From NCBI GenBank assembly GCA_947313885.1, contig CAMZNU010000005.1, positions 14,025 through 78,024 of the forward strand: 64,000 nucleotides of DNA, written 5' to 3'. Origin of the DNA: an uncultured Clostridia bacterium (GTDB lineage Bacteria > Bacillota > Clostridia > Lachnospirales > CAMZNU01). This document shows positions 37,306 to 47,530 of the stretch, piece after piece; the stretch's first letter is position 1; every line of letters starts with the position of its first letter. Below the pieces are notes generated by a model. It did not search any database. It had not been told where the DNA came from and saw nothing but the letters and a program-made list of their open reading frames with translations. The translations under genes and the position numbers were made by a program.

Positions 37306-38427
37306 ATGAAAACATTAGTTATAGATACGTCGTTAACGACAGCTACAGTAGCAATAGGAGAAAATGAAAAAGTAATATGTTGTAAATCGTTAAATTCAAA
37401 AAATAAGCATTCAAAAACATTATTACCTCTTATAAAAAAAATGTTAGATGAGTCAAAAATAAAGCCAAAAGAAATAGAGCATGTAGTATGCGGAATAGGA
37501 CCAGGATCATTTACAGGTATAAGAATAGGCATAGCAACGGCAAAAGGTGTAGCATATAGCAACAATACAAAAGTTACATATGTAACGAGCTTAGAAGGAT
37601 TAGCATTAAATTTAAAAGGAAGTAAAAAAATAATAATACCAATAATAGATGCAAAACGTAGAAATGTATTTACAGCCATGTTTAAATTTGATGGTAATTA
37701 TTTAAAAAGATTAATGGCAAATAAGTTTATGACAATAGAAAAGATAATAGAGATAGGAAAAGAAAGAGATGAAGAAGTTATATTTATAGGTGATTGTTTA
37801 GAAATGTATAAGGAAGAATTATATGGATTCGAAGTCGGGAAAGATGAAGATAACATAATATGCAGTAGTAAAGTATATGGATATGCACAAAAGCAACTTA
37901 AAAACAATATTATAAAATCAAAGGATTTAAAGCCTATGTATTTAATAAAGTCTCAAGCTGAAAGAGAATTTATTAAAAAAAACATAGATAAAGTAAAATT
38001 AAGACAAATGGTAGCAGAAGATATAGAAGAAATATTTGCAATAGAAGTTGAGGCGTTTGTAACGCCGTGGTCAAAAAAGAATTTTAAAGATGAAATAGAG
38101 AGTGATAAAAGTGTATATTTTGTAGCGAAATTTGGTAATGAGTTAGTAGGTTATATTGGAAGTTGGTATGTAGGAGATGAAAGTCATATAACAAATATAG
38201 CTGTAAAAGAGGAATATAAAAGATTTGGGATAGGGAGTAAATTACTAGAAAGACAAATAGAATATGGAAACGAAAATGGAATACGCCATATAACTTTAGA
38301 AGTAATGATAAAAAATGATGTAGCGATAAATTTATATAAAAAATATGGATTTAAGATAGAGGGAGAAAGAAAAAATTACTGTAGAGATACAGGTGAAAAT
38401 GCATATATTATGTGGAAGAGAGGGTAG
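37306..38427 (+). CDS. tsaB: TsaB (YeaZ) fused to RimI-type N-acetyltransferase
   Basis: N-terminal half VIDTS...GPGSFTGIRIG (TsaB); C-terminal ~150 aa GNAT with RFGIGSKLL...YKKYGF (RimI-like); one uninterrupted ORF. Confidence 0.85.
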   Translation: MKTLVIDTSLTTATVAIGENEKVICCKSLNSKNKHSKTLLPLIKKMLDESKIKPKEIEHVVCGIGPGSFTGIRIGIATAKGVAYSNNTKVTYVTSLEGLALNLKGSKKIIIPIIDAKRRNVFTAMFKFDGNYLKRLMANKFMTIEKIIEIGKERDEEVIFIGDCLEMYKEELYGFEVGKDEDNIICSSKVYGYAQKQLKNNIIKSKDLKPMYLIKSQAEREFIKKNIDKVKLRQMVAEDIEEIFAIEVEAFVTPWSKKNFKDEIESDKSVYFVAKFGNELVGYIGSWYVGDESHITNIAVKEEYKRFGIGSKLLERQIEYGNENGIRHITLEVMIKNDVAINLYKKYGFKIEGERKNYCRDTGENAYIMWKRG

Positions 38428-40775
38428 AAGTGGAAAAGCTAGTTAGTAACGACTTAAAAAAACGTTGTGATGTTAGAATGTTTAACTTTAAAACTACAGA
38501 AGAAATAGAATATATAGAGGACATAATAGCTCAGCCAAGATATGAGAAGTCTATGGAAGTGGGTTTAAATATAAAGAGTGATAATTTCAATATTTTTGTA
38601 TTAGGGGAAGATGGGTTAGGAAAACTAACATATACGAAAAAGTATGTAAAGGAAATAGCCCTAAAGGAATCAAAAATGGAAGATATAGCCTATGTAAATA
38701 ATTTTGAAGATAAATTAAATCCAAAAGCATTAAAAATTCCATCTGGGGTAGGTAAAGAGTTTGCAAAAGAAATGAAATATGTAATAAAAAGTTTGATCGA
38801 TAAGTTACCAAACTTATTGACCTTAGAATCATTAGAAAGAAAGAGAGACAAAATAATTTTAGAGTTTCAAAATATGCGAGATGCTAAAGTATTGGAGTTA
38901 ACAAAAATAACATTAAAACATGACACAGTAATAAAAACTAATAAAGAAGGAATATTTTTATTACCAGTAGTAGATAGTGTAACGCTGTTTGAAGAGGATA
39001 TAGAGAAATTAGAAGAAGAAAAAAGAATAGAGTTAACAAATAAAATGGAGATAGCATATGAATTAATAGAAGATGAAATATTTAAAATATCAAAATTAGA
39101 AAGAAATGCATATAAAGAAATAAATAAGTATGAATATACAGAATATACGTTAATAATAGGAAGTCACTTTAGTAATATAGTAAATAAATACGCGGAAATA
39201 AAAAGTATTTCAGATTATTTAAAAGAAGTTAAAAATAATTTAGTTAAAACATTAATGAATTTATATGATGTTAGAAGTGGAAATATAAATCAAGAAAGTG
39301 AAATAGAAATAATAAATAAATATAAAGTTAATGTAGTAGTTGATAATAGTAGATTTGGAGGTGCACCAGTAATTTTTGTAACGGATGCATCGTTACAAAG
39401 TTTAGTAGGTGAAGTTGAGTATGAATATGAGTTTGGTAATTTAACGACAGATTTCAATAAAATATCGGCGGGGTCGTTACAAAAGGCAAACGGTGGGTAT
39501 TTAATTATAAGTGCATATGATTTATTGAGTAATAGATATAGTTATGATGTAATAAAAAGGGTATTAGAGACGAAAGTATTAGACTATGAAATGCTAAAAG
39601 AATTTGCGGGATTTAATAAATTAACTATTAATATAACGCCAATAGAGTTAAATATAAAAGTTATAATCGTTGGAACTTATGAAGAATATTACACGTTAGA
39701 TAATTATGATGTTACATTTAAAGATAAATTCAAAATAGTGGGAGAGTTTGATAATGTAATGGAATATAATGTAGAAAATTTAGGAAGTGTAGTGAAAATA
39801 GTTAAAAAATTTGTAGTGCAAGATAAGTTGCAAGAAGTTACAAGAGAAGGGTTATGTGAAATAGTAGAACATTCTACTAGAATATCAGAGGATCAAAAAA
39901 AATTAACGACAAAATTTAATAAAATACAAAGTTTATTAATAGAGGCAAATTATTATGCAATAAAGGAGAGAAGCGAAGTAATTTGTAAAAAACATATAAT
40001 AAAGGCGATAAATGAAAAATTAAATAGATATAACAGCTATGAAAAAGATATAGATGAGTATATAGATAAAAATGTAATAATGATAAATACAGAAGATGAA
40101 AGAGTAGGAGAAATAAATGGATTGTCAATATTAGAAACAGGAGAGTATAGTTTTGGTAAACCTAACAAAATCACAGTAACTACTTACGGTGGAGAAACGG
40201 GGATTTTAAATATAGAAAAAGAAAGTGATCTAAGTGGTAAAATCCATGATAAAGGTGTAAATATAGTAAATGGATATTTAGGGGAGAAGTATGCAACGGA
40301 TTTTCCTTTAACATTGTCATGTAGAATATGTTTTGAACAGAGTTACGGTGAAATAGAAGGAGATAGTGCATCAAGTGCAGAGTTGTATGGAATAATATCT
40401 AGTTTAAGCGAAGTGCCGATAAAGCAATGTATAGCAGTAACAGGTTCTGTAAATCAAAAAGGTGAAATACAGGCAGTAGGAAGTGTTACGCATAAGATAG
40501 AAGGGTTTTATAATTTGTGTAAAAAAAGGGGATTAACGGGAGAAGAGGGAGTAGTGATGCCATATCAAAACATTAAAAACCTTGTATTAAAAGATGATGT
40601 TTGTGAAAGTGTAGAAAAAGGTGAATTTAATATATATGCGATAAAAACAATAGATGAAGGGATAGAAATTTTAACAGGAGAAAAAGCAGGAGAAATGAAT
40701 AATAAAGGAAATTATGAAAAAAATACGATACATGATAAAGTTTTAAGAAAACTTAGAAAGTTGAGTAAAATATAG
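38412..40775 (+). CDS. Lon-like protease (COG1067/LonC-like) with degenerate Walker motifs
   Basis: C-terminal Lon protease domain (EGDSASSAE catalytic Ser, THKIEGF Lys); N-terminal AAA-like domain GEDGLGKLT; start could be GTG 38412 or GTG 38430. Confidence 0.8.
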   Translation: MEERVEVEKLVSNDLKKRCDVRMFNFKTTEEIEYIEDIIAQPRYEKSMEVGLNIKSDNFNIFVLGEDGLGKLTYTKKYVKEIALKESKMEDIAYVNNFEDKLNPKALKIPSGVGKEFAKEMKYVIKSLIDKLPNLLTLESLERKRDKIILEFQNMRDAKVLELTKITLKHDTVIKTNKEGIFLLPVVDSVTLFEEDIEKLEEEKRIELTNKMEIAYELIEDEIFKISKLERNAYKEINKYEYTEYTLIIGSHFSNIVNKYAEIKSISDYLKEVKNNLVKTLMNLYDVRSGNINQESEIEIINKYKVNVVVDNSRFGGAPVIFVTDASLQSLVGEVEYEYEFGNLTTDFNKISAGSLQKANGGYLIISAYDLLSNRYSYDVIKRVLETKVLDYEMLKEFAGFNKLTINITPIELNIKVIIVGTYEEYYTLDNYDVTFKDKFKIVGEFDNVMEYNVENLGSVVKIVKKFVVQDKLQEVTREGLCEIVEHSTRISEDQKKLTTKFNKIQSLLIEANYYAIKERSEVICKKHIIKAINEKLNRYNSYEKDIDEYIDKNVIMINTEDERVGEINGLSILETGEYSFGKPNKITVTTYGGETGILNIEKESDLSGKIHDKGVNIVNGYLGEKYATDFPLTLSCRICFEQSYGEIEGDSASSAELYGIISSLSEVPIKQCIAVTGSVNQKGEIQAVGSVTHKIEGFYNLCKKRGLTGEEGVVMPYQNIKNLVLKDDVCESVEKGEFNIYAIKTIDEGIEILTGEKAGEMNNKGNYEKNTIHDKVLRKLRKLSKI

Positions 40776-40787
40776 AAGGAGGGCTAA

Positions 40788-40994
40788 ATGGAAATTTTTT
40801 TTAAAAAGTATAATTTTTTCAGAAATGAAAAGGAGCGAGAAGGAGTTAAGAAAAGATGTTTAGAAGATATTAAACATATTAATGAACTAAAAGAAGAAGA
40901 TATTATTGTAAAAAGTGAAAAAGAGGAAATGAAAATACGAGAAGATGTAGTTATAAAAAAAAGTGAAATACTACAAGGATATTTAGAAATTTAG
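40788..40994 (+). CDS. gatC: short GatC-like protein (probable Asp/Glu-tRNA amidotransferase subunit C)
   Basis: AAGGAGGG RBS; sits immediately upstream of gatA-gatB; IREDVV resembles the GatC (L/M)RED motif; only 68 aa. Confidence 0.5.
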   Translation: MEIFFKKYNFFRNEKEREGVKKRCLEDIKHINELKEEDIIVKSEKEEMKIREDVVIKKSEILQGYLEI

Positions 40995-41003
40995 GAGGGC
41001 TAT

Positions 41004-42398
41004 ATGGTGGATATTTATAATGTATATAGTATGCTTAAAAATAAAGAGGTAAGTAGTAAGGAATTAGTAGAGGAAAGTATAAAAAAAATTAAAAAGTATG
41101 ATGATAGATATGAATTTATGTTAGCAACTAATTTTGAGCAATCTATTATACTAGCAGAGCAAATAGATAATAGAAGAATGAAAGGTGAAGAATATGGGTA
41201 CTTAAGTGGTATACCATATACGTGTAAAGATAATATAATGACAAAAGGAATTATATCAACTTGTGGGTCTAGAATTTTAAAAGATTTTAGACCTCCTTTT
41301 AGTGGAACAATAGTAAAAGAGATTGAAAAAAAGGGTGGAATTTTAATAGGAAAAACAAATATGGATGAATTAGGGGCTGGAGGGGAAAGTATATCAGGAT
41401 TTAGACATACGAAAAACCCGTTTAATATTGAGGAGTCAGTAAGTGGTTCATCAGGTGGAAGTGCAGTAACTGTAGCAATTGGTGCTGTTACTTATGCATT
41501 AGGGACGGATACAGGAGGTTCTGTAAGGGAACCAGCGGAAAAATGTGGCTTAGTAGGATTAAAGCCAACCTATGGAAGTATATCGCGATATGGAGTAGGA
41601 GCATATGCTCATACTATAGATCAAGTGGGATTTATAGGAAACTGTGTAATGGATATAAGTATATTAATGGAAGAGTTAGCAAAAGAAGATAGAAAAGATG
41701 TAATAACGTATAAGAGGGACTATAGTGGGTTAGTAAAAAATTTAGATAGTTTTCAAGGAAAAATAAAAGTTGGAGTTTTAAAAGAGTTAGAAAGCATATT
41801 AAATAAAAAAGAGTTAAAATTTTATGTTGAGTTTATAGAACGACTAAATAGAAATAAAAATTTTGAATTAGTAGAAGTTAGCGTACCAAATTTAAGAAAT
41901 ACAGCGTCATGTTATAAAGCTATAACAAGTGTTGAGGGATATTCAAATTTTAAAAAATATGACGGTACGATATACAGCAGTAAAATGGAAGGTGAAAATT
42001 ATAAAGAAGTAATAGAAGAAACTCAAAAAGAAGGATTTGAAGAAAGAGTAAAAGCAAAAATAATAATGGGCAAATATTTATTAACAGATGAGAACATGGA
42101 AATTGTTAATAAAGCATATAAAATGAGAAGTAAAATAGAAGAACAATTAGAAAATGCATGTAAAGATGTGGATACATTAATATTACCAATGGAAAGTTAT
42201 GATAAAGATATATATATGACAGCACTAAGTAATTTAGGGAGAACACCTGCATTAGAATTACCAGTTAAAATAAATTCTAAAAATGTACCCCAAGGAATAC
42301 AATTAGTTTGTAAAAAATATGAGGATGTTAAGTTGATACAAATTGGTAAAATATTTGAAAACTTCATAGATTTTAAGAAGGGGGTATTAGATGAATAA
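41004..42398 (+). CDS. gatA: Asp/Glu-tRNA(Asn/Gln) amidotransferase subunit A
   Basis: amidase signature GGSSGGSAVTVA...GTDTGGSVREPA. Confidence 0.93.
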   Translation: MVDIYNVYSMLKNKEVSSKELVEESIKKIKKYDDRYEFMLATNFEQSIILAEQIDNRRMKGEEYGYLSGIPYTCKDNIMTKGIISTCGSRILKDFRPPFSGTIVKEIEKKGGILIGKTNMDELGAGGESISGFRHTKNPFNIEESVSGSSGGSAVTVAIGAVTYALGTDTGGSVREPAEKCGLVGLKPTYGSISRYGVGAYAHTIDQVGFIGNCVMDISILMEELAKEDRKDVITYKRDYSGLVKNLDSFQGKIKVGVLKELESILNKKELKFYVEFIERLNRNKNFELVEVSVPNLRNTASCYKAITSVEGYSNFKKYDGTIYSSKMEGENYKEVIEETQKEGFEERVKAKIIMGKYLLTDENMEIVNKAYKMRSKIEEQLENACKDVDTLILPMESYDKDIYMTALSNLGRTPALELPVKINSKNVPQGIQLVCKKYEDVKLIQIGKIFENFIDFKKGVLDE

Positions 42399-43815
42399 GT
42401 ATGAATTAACAATAGGATTAGAAGTACATACGACATTGCAAACTAAAAGCAAAGTATTTTGTAGCTGTAAAAATGATTCATCAAATGAGGTTGAGGCAAA
42501 TGTTAATACTTGTGAAATATGCTTAGGCATGCCAGGGGCATTACCTGTATTAAATGAAGAAGTAGTAAAAAAAGCTTTAAAAGTAGGTGAATTATTAAAT
42601 TGTAAAATTAATAAAAGTAGTGAATTTGATAGAAAACATTTTGCAAATGTTGATTTAGTTAAAAATTTTCAAATAACCCAATTTAGAAAGCCTATATTAG
42701 AAGATGGATATTTAGATGTAATAATGAGCAATGATATGAAAAATAAAAAAAGGGTAACTATAGAAAGGGTGCATATAGAAGAAGATGCAGGAAAACAAGT
42801 TAAAAAAAATAATAAAATATTAATAGATTATAACAGGAGTGGAATGCCGTTGTTAGAAATAGTAACGACACCGTGTTTTAAAAGTAGCGAAGAAGTTAGA
42901 AAGTTTTTGGAACAATTACAAATGACATTAAAATATAATGAAATATCAAAGTGTAAAATGAATGAGGGTGGGTTTAGGTTTGATGTTAACGTGTCAATAA
43001 GGTTAAAAGGTGAAAAAGAACTTGGGTATGGGCTTGGAGAAAGATGTGAATTTAAAAATATAAATTCGTTTACACAGTGCGAAAAAGCAATAGAGGAAGA
43101 ATACAAGAGACAAGTAAGTATAAAAGAAAAAGGCGAAGAAATAAAAAGTATGTCTTTAAATTGGAATGAAAAAACAAAAACTGTAGAAATTGTAAGACCG
43201 AAAGAAAAAGAAGGGGAATATGAATATTTAAGAGAAACTAATTTACCTATGTTAAATTTAAAGTTAGAAGAAATAAGTGTGAAAAATGTTTGCGATATAG
43301 AAAGTAGAATTGATTATTTAATGATGGAATACAAACTATCATATGAAGAAAGCGTAGTACTAATAAAAAATAAAGAAATAGAAAAGTACTATGAAGAAGT
43401 AGTAAAAGGATTTAAAAATAAAAAAGAAGTATATAACTATATAATAGAAGAAATATTGTGTAAAAAAGATAAGCATATAATATCAGTAGAAAATATAAGA
43501 GAACTGTTTTCTATGTTAGAAAAAGGTGAAATTAATAATAGCATAATGAAAAAAGTGCAAAATAAAGTAGAACTTAGTAATAATTTATTATCATCTAAAG
43601 AAATTGTAAAGATGGAAGGGTTAAAATTATTAGGAAAAGAAGAAGTTGAAAAAATAGTTATAGAAGTATTAGAGAGTAACGAAAAAATAGTTAAAGATTA
43701 CAAAGGTGGAAAAATAAAAGCAATACAAAGTTTAACAGGGAAAGTAATGAGTGAATCAAAAGGGTTAGCAGATTCTAAACTTACAAAAAATCTGTTAATG
43801 GAAAAATTAAAATAG
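42391..43815 (+). CDS. gatB: Asp/Glu-tRNA(Asn/Gln) amidotransferase subunit B
   Basis: YELTIGLEVH, CEICLGMPGALPVLN, DYNRSGMPLLEIVT motifs. Confidence 0.93.
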   Translation: MNKYELTIGLEVHTTLQTKSKVFCSCKNDSSNEVEANVNTCEICLGMPGALPVLNEEVVKKALKVGELLNCKINKSSEFDRKHFANVDLVKNFQITQFRKPILEDGYLDVIMSNDMKNKKRVTIERVHIEEDAGKQVKKNNKILIDYNRSGMPLLEIVTTPCFKSSEEVRKFLEQLQMTLKYNEISKCKMNEGGFRFDVNVSIRLKGEKELGYGLGERCEFKNINSFTQCEKAIEEEYKRQVSIKEKGEEIKSMSLNWNEKTKTVEIVRPKEKEGEYEYLRETNLPMLNLKLEEISVKNVCDIESRIDYLMMEYKLSYEESVVLIKNKEIEKYYEEVVKGFKNKKEVYNYIIEEILCKKDKHIISVENIRELFSMLEKGEINNSIMKKVQNKVELSNNLLSSKEIVKMEGLKLLGKEEVEKIVIEVLESNEKIVKDYKGGKIKAIQSLTGKVMSESKGLADSKLTKNLLMEKLK

Positions 43816-43822
43816 GTGGAAT

Positions 43823-44482
43823 ATGTCAAAAAGAATAGATGAAATAGTAAAATGTATAAAGTATAAAACAGTTGGTGATATAGCGACAGACCATTGTTTT
43901 ATAGGAATAAAAGCTAGTAAAAAAGAAGGTGTTAAAAAAGTTATAGGTTGTGACATAAATAATGAACCCTTAGAAAACGGAAGAAGAAACATTATAAAAA
44001 GAGGTATAAAAAATATCGAGTTAAGGATAGGTGACGGAATAAAGCCAATAGAAAAAGGCGAAATAGAAACAGCAATAATAGCGGGGATTGGTGGTTCATT
44101 AATGATTAAGATTTTAGAAGAAAGTGTTGATAAAGTAAAAGAAATGAAACAATTAATATTACAACCGCAATCAGCAGTTACTAAAGTGAAAAAATACATT
44201 CATAGTATAGGATTTAAAATAACAGAAGAAATTATAGTAGAAGAAAATAAAATTTATACAATATTAGACGTTAGTAAAGGGTATGAAAAATATAGCGAAA
44301 AGGAATACTTGCTAGGAAGAAATATAGTGAAAAACGAACATTATAAAAACCACTTAAAATTTGAAATAAGCAAGAAAAAAATGTTAATAAGTGAGATGAA
44401 AAAAGCAAAAAAAAATGAACATGTGGAAAAACATATAGAGCAGTGTAAAAATGAAATAGAGATATATGAAAGTGGATTATAA
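43823..44482 (+). CDS. trmK: tRNA (adenine22-N1)-methyltransferase TrmK
   Basis: DIATDH...IAGIGG motifs; trmK-nif3 (yqfN-yqfO) synteny. Confidence 0.8.
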   Translation: MSKRIDEIVKCIKYKTVGDIATDHCFIGIKASKKEGVKKVIGCDINNEPLENGRRNIIKRGIKNIELRIGDGIKPIEKGEIETAIIAGIGGSLMIKILEESVDKVKEMKQLILQPQSAVTKVKKYIHSIGFKITEEIIVEENKIYTILDVSKGYEKYSEKEYLLGRNIVKNEHYKNHLKFEISKKKMLISEMKKAKKNEHVEKHIEQCKNEIEIYESGL

Positions 44483-44499
44483 AGGAAGGTGGTGTTACG

Positions 44500-45288
44500 A
44501 TGAAAGTAGAAAATGTAATAGAAGAGATGGAAAAATTAGCACCAGAATCATTAAAAGAGGAATGGGATAATGTAGGGTTATTAATAGGGGATAAAAAAAG
44601 TGAAGTAAAAAAAATATTATTATGCCTAGACGTAACAGATGAAGTAGTAGATGAAAGCATAGAACTTAAAGCAAACTTAATAATAAGTCATCACCCTGTA
44701 ATATTTTCAGGTATGAAGACAATAAATTTTGACGATGCAACAGGTAAAAAAATAATAAAAATAATAAAAAATGATATAAATGTTTTTTGTATGCATACAA
44801 ATTTAGATAGTTGTAAAGGTGGAACAAATGATGTTTTATTTGATTATTTAAAATTATCAAATAAAGAAATATTAATTAATAATGGTGATGATACAGGATT
44901 AGGTAGAATTGGAGAAAATGAAACACCTATGAGTTTGGAAAAATATTTAAAATTTGTGAAAGATAAGTTAAATATAAAATATATTTCGTATGCAAAAGAT
45001 AATGATGGCATAGGTAAACAAATAAAAAAAGTTGCGGTATGTACAGGGGCATGTGATAATTATTTTATAAAAGTAGCAAAAGAAAAAAATTGCGATGTAA
45101 TAGTTACAGGTGATTTAAAATATCATACAGGACAGTTAGCAAAAGAGTTAGGAATTGTAATTATAGATGCTAGTCACTATGAGACAGAAAATATAGTATT
45201 AGATGATTTAAAAAGTTACATAGAAAATAATATAGAGGTGAAAGTAGAAATATCAAATGTAAATGGTCAAAGTATAGAAATATGCTAA
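44500..45288 (+). CDS. Nif3-like dinuclear metal-centre protein (YqfO family)
   Basis: WDNVGLLIGD, ISHHP, HTNLD, ASHYETE motifs. Confidence 0.88.
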   Translation: MKVENVIEEMEKLAPESLKEEWDNVGLLIGDKKSEVKKILLCLDVTDEVVDESIELKANLIISHHPVIFSGMKTINFDDATGKKIIKIIKNDINVFCMHTNLDSCKGGTNDVLFDYLKLSNKEILINNGDDTGLGRIGENETPMSLEKYLKFVKDKLNIKYISYAKDNDGIGKQIKKVAVCTGACDNYFIKVAKEKNCDVIVTGDLKYHTGQLAKELGIVIIDASHYETENIVLDDLKSYIENNIEVKVEISNVNGQSIEIC

Positions 45289-45302
45289 GTAGGAGGGATA
45301 AA

Positions 45303-46952
45303 ATGGAAAAAATAAAAGTATTATACGAGGGGCAAGAAATAGAAGTTAAAAAAGGTATAACATTAAAAGAGTTTAGTTTGGAGTTTCAAAAAGATTTTGA
45401 AAATTCTATAATATTAGCAACGTTAAATAATGATTATAAAGATTTAAGAAAAACGATAGAGTATAATAGTGAAGTAAAATTTTATGATTTAAAAAATTCT
45501 ATAGCATATAAGGTTTATCAAAACACAGTTACGTTTATGTTGATTTATGCTATAAAGAAAATATATGGTGATAAGACAGAAGTTGGGATAGAGTATTCAA
45601 TAGATAAAAACATATATTGTAAAGTAGATAAAAAAGTTAGTATAACAAAAGATGTATTAGAAAAAGTAAATGCTGTAATGTTAGATTTAATTAAAAATGA
45701 TGAAAAAATAGAAAAAACCAGAGTGCCTATAGAGGAAGCAAAAAGAATAAACAGACAATTCACATTAAACGATAAAAAAGGTGTTTTAAAGTATACTAAT
45801 TATAAAAGTGTGGATATGTATAATATAAAAGGATACTATAATTATTTTTATACACCAATGCCGATAAGTTGTGGACAAGTAAATAAGTTTGAATTGGATT
45901 TATACGGGAATGGATTTATAATAAGGTATGTAGATAGAAAAAACCCGAGTAAAATAAAGATACTAAAAGATTTACAAAAAATAACGAAAGTATTTGAGGA
46001 GTCTAGTGAGTTTATAAAAATCTTAGGGGTAAATACAGTAGGAGCATTTAATAAAGTTGTAGCAGATGGTAAGGTAGGGGAATTTATAAGAATTAGTGAG
46101 GCGTTACACGAGAAAAGGATAGGAGTAATAGCAGATAAAATTAAAAGTAGCAATAAAAAATTAGTATTAATAGCAGGACCATCATCATCAGGAAAAACGA
46201 CATTTTCAAAAAGACTAGACATACAGTTAAGAGTACAAGGGTTATCACCAGTAATAATGGGATTAGATGATTATTATGTTGATATTGAAAATATACCAGT
46301 AGATGAAAAAGGAGAGAGAAACTTTGAAAATATAGAAACTTTAGAAATAGAAATGATAAATGATCATTTAAGTAGATTATTAAAGGGTGAAGAAATAGAG
46401 GTGCCACATTTTGATTTTACTAAAGGCAAAAAAATATTTAAGGGGAGAAAATTAAAACTCGAAGAAAATTCAGTAATAGTAATAGAAGGTATTCATGGAT
46501 TAAATGAAGAGTTGACGAAAAAAATAAGTAAAGATGATAAATTTAAAATATTTATAAGTGCGTTAACCCAATTAAATGTAGATAGTCATAATAGAATACC
46601 AACAGCAGATACAAGATTAATAAGAAGAATAACGAGGGATAATAAATTTAGAGGATTTGATGCATTGGTAAATTTACAAATGTGGCCAAAAGTATTAGAA
46701 GGTGAAGGAAAAAATATATTTCCTTATCAAGAAGAAGCTGATGAAATATTTAATTCATCGCTAGTTTATGAATTTGCAGTACTAAAACCGTATATACTTC
46801 CATTGCTTTATAAAATTGATAGAAGTAGTAAACATTACCCAGAAGCTAGAAGGTTGATAACTCTTTTAGAATTATTTTTATCAATAGAAGAAAAAGAAGT
46901 ACCGATGAATTCATTGATAAGAGAGTTTATAGGTGGAAGTTGTTTTAGATAG
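45303..46952 (+). CDS. uridine-kinase/PRK-family nucleoside kinase with long N-terminal domain
   Basis: Walker A GPSSSGKTTFSKRL and uridine-kinase-like C-terminal half; start at the ATG after GGAGGG. Confidence 0.7.
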   Translation: MEKIKVLYEGQEIEVKKGITLKEFSLEFQKDFENSIILATLNNDYKDLRKTIEYNSEVKFYDLKNSIAYKVYQNTVTFMLIYAIKKIYGDKTEVGIEYSIDKNIYCKVDKKVSITKDVLEKVNAVMLDLIKNDEKIEKTRVPIEEAKRINRQFTLNDKKGVLKYTNYKSVDMYNIKGYYNYFYTPMPISCGQVNKFELDLYGNGFIIRYVDRKNPSKIKILKDLQKITKVFEESSEFIKILGVNTVGAFNKVVADGKVGEFIRISEALHEKRIGVIADKIKSSNKKLVLIAGPSSSGKTTFSKRLDIQLRVQGLSPVIMGLDDYYVDIENIPVDEKGERNFENIETLEIEMINDHLSRLLKGEEIEVPHFDFTKGKKIFKGRKLKLEENSVIVIEGIHGLNEELTKKISKDDKFKIFISALTQLNVDSHNRIPTADTRLIRRITRDNKFRGFDALVNLQMWPKVLEGEGKNIFPYQEEADEIFNSSLVYEFAVLKPYILPLLYKIDRSSKHYPEARRLITLLELFLSIEEKEVPMNSLIREFIGGSCFR

Positions 46953-46954
46953 TT

Positions 46955-46997
46955 AAAAAACATTAATGCAAAGTTAAATTGCGTTAATGTTTTTTTA
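46955..46997 (+). terminator. rho-independent terminator
   Basis: stem ACATTAATGC / GCGTTAATGT plus T7. Confidence 0.7.
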
Positions 46998-47137
46998 TAT
47001 ATGTAGTTAATAGTTTAATAAAAAGTAAGAGGAGAGAAGAAGATAGACATGAGAAAAGAAATAAAAAAGTTAAATTGTAGCAAAGAAGTAGGAAAATAAA
47101 AGATATATAGAAATAAATAAATAAGAGAGAAAATACA

Positions 47138-47166
47138 TTGAAAACAACAATGAAGTGTGTTAACAT
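47138..47166 (+). promoter_or_regulatory. sigmaA-type promoter of rnpB
   Basis: TTGAAA, 17 nt, TAACAT; positions the transcription start at about 47173. Confidence 0.5.
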
Positions 47167-47173
47167 GCATATA

Positions 47174-47529
47174 TTGAGTAAGTCAGACGATCGCATAAAT
47201 AATATTTATGAGGAAAGTCCGAACTCCATAGAGTAGGGTGCTTGATAATCCCAAGTGAAGGCGACTTTAAGGATAGTGCAACAGAAATAAACCGCCATTT
47301 TTATAATGGTAAGGATGGAAAGGTAAGGTAAGAGCTTACCGCTTCTTTGGCGACAAAGAGGGCTATGTAAACCCCACCTGGAGCAAGATGATAAAACTTA
47401 TAAGGTTACTCGCTTAGTTTTATAATAGTATCGCATAAGGATATCGGTGACGATATATATTGTTAGTTCAATATTTAACCTAAGATAGATGATCGTCAAA
47501 TACAGAATTCGGCTTATAGATTTGCTCAA
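47174..47529 (+). ncRNA. rnpB: RNase P RNA (bacterial; Firmicute type B expected)
   Basis: universally conserved GAGGAAAGTCCG (47210-47221) and ACAGAATTCGGCTTATAG near the 3' end; 5' TTGAGTAAGTC pairs with 3' AGATTTGCTCAA (P1); terminator follows. Confidence 0.9.
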
Positions 47530-47530
47530 T

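Noticed and set aside
46984-47196. 70-aa minus-strand ORF between the kinase gene and rnpB
   Set aside because: Low-complexity hydrophobic translation with no RBS. It overlaps the rnpB promoter and 5' end, so the region is better explained by the terminator, promoter and RNase P RNA.
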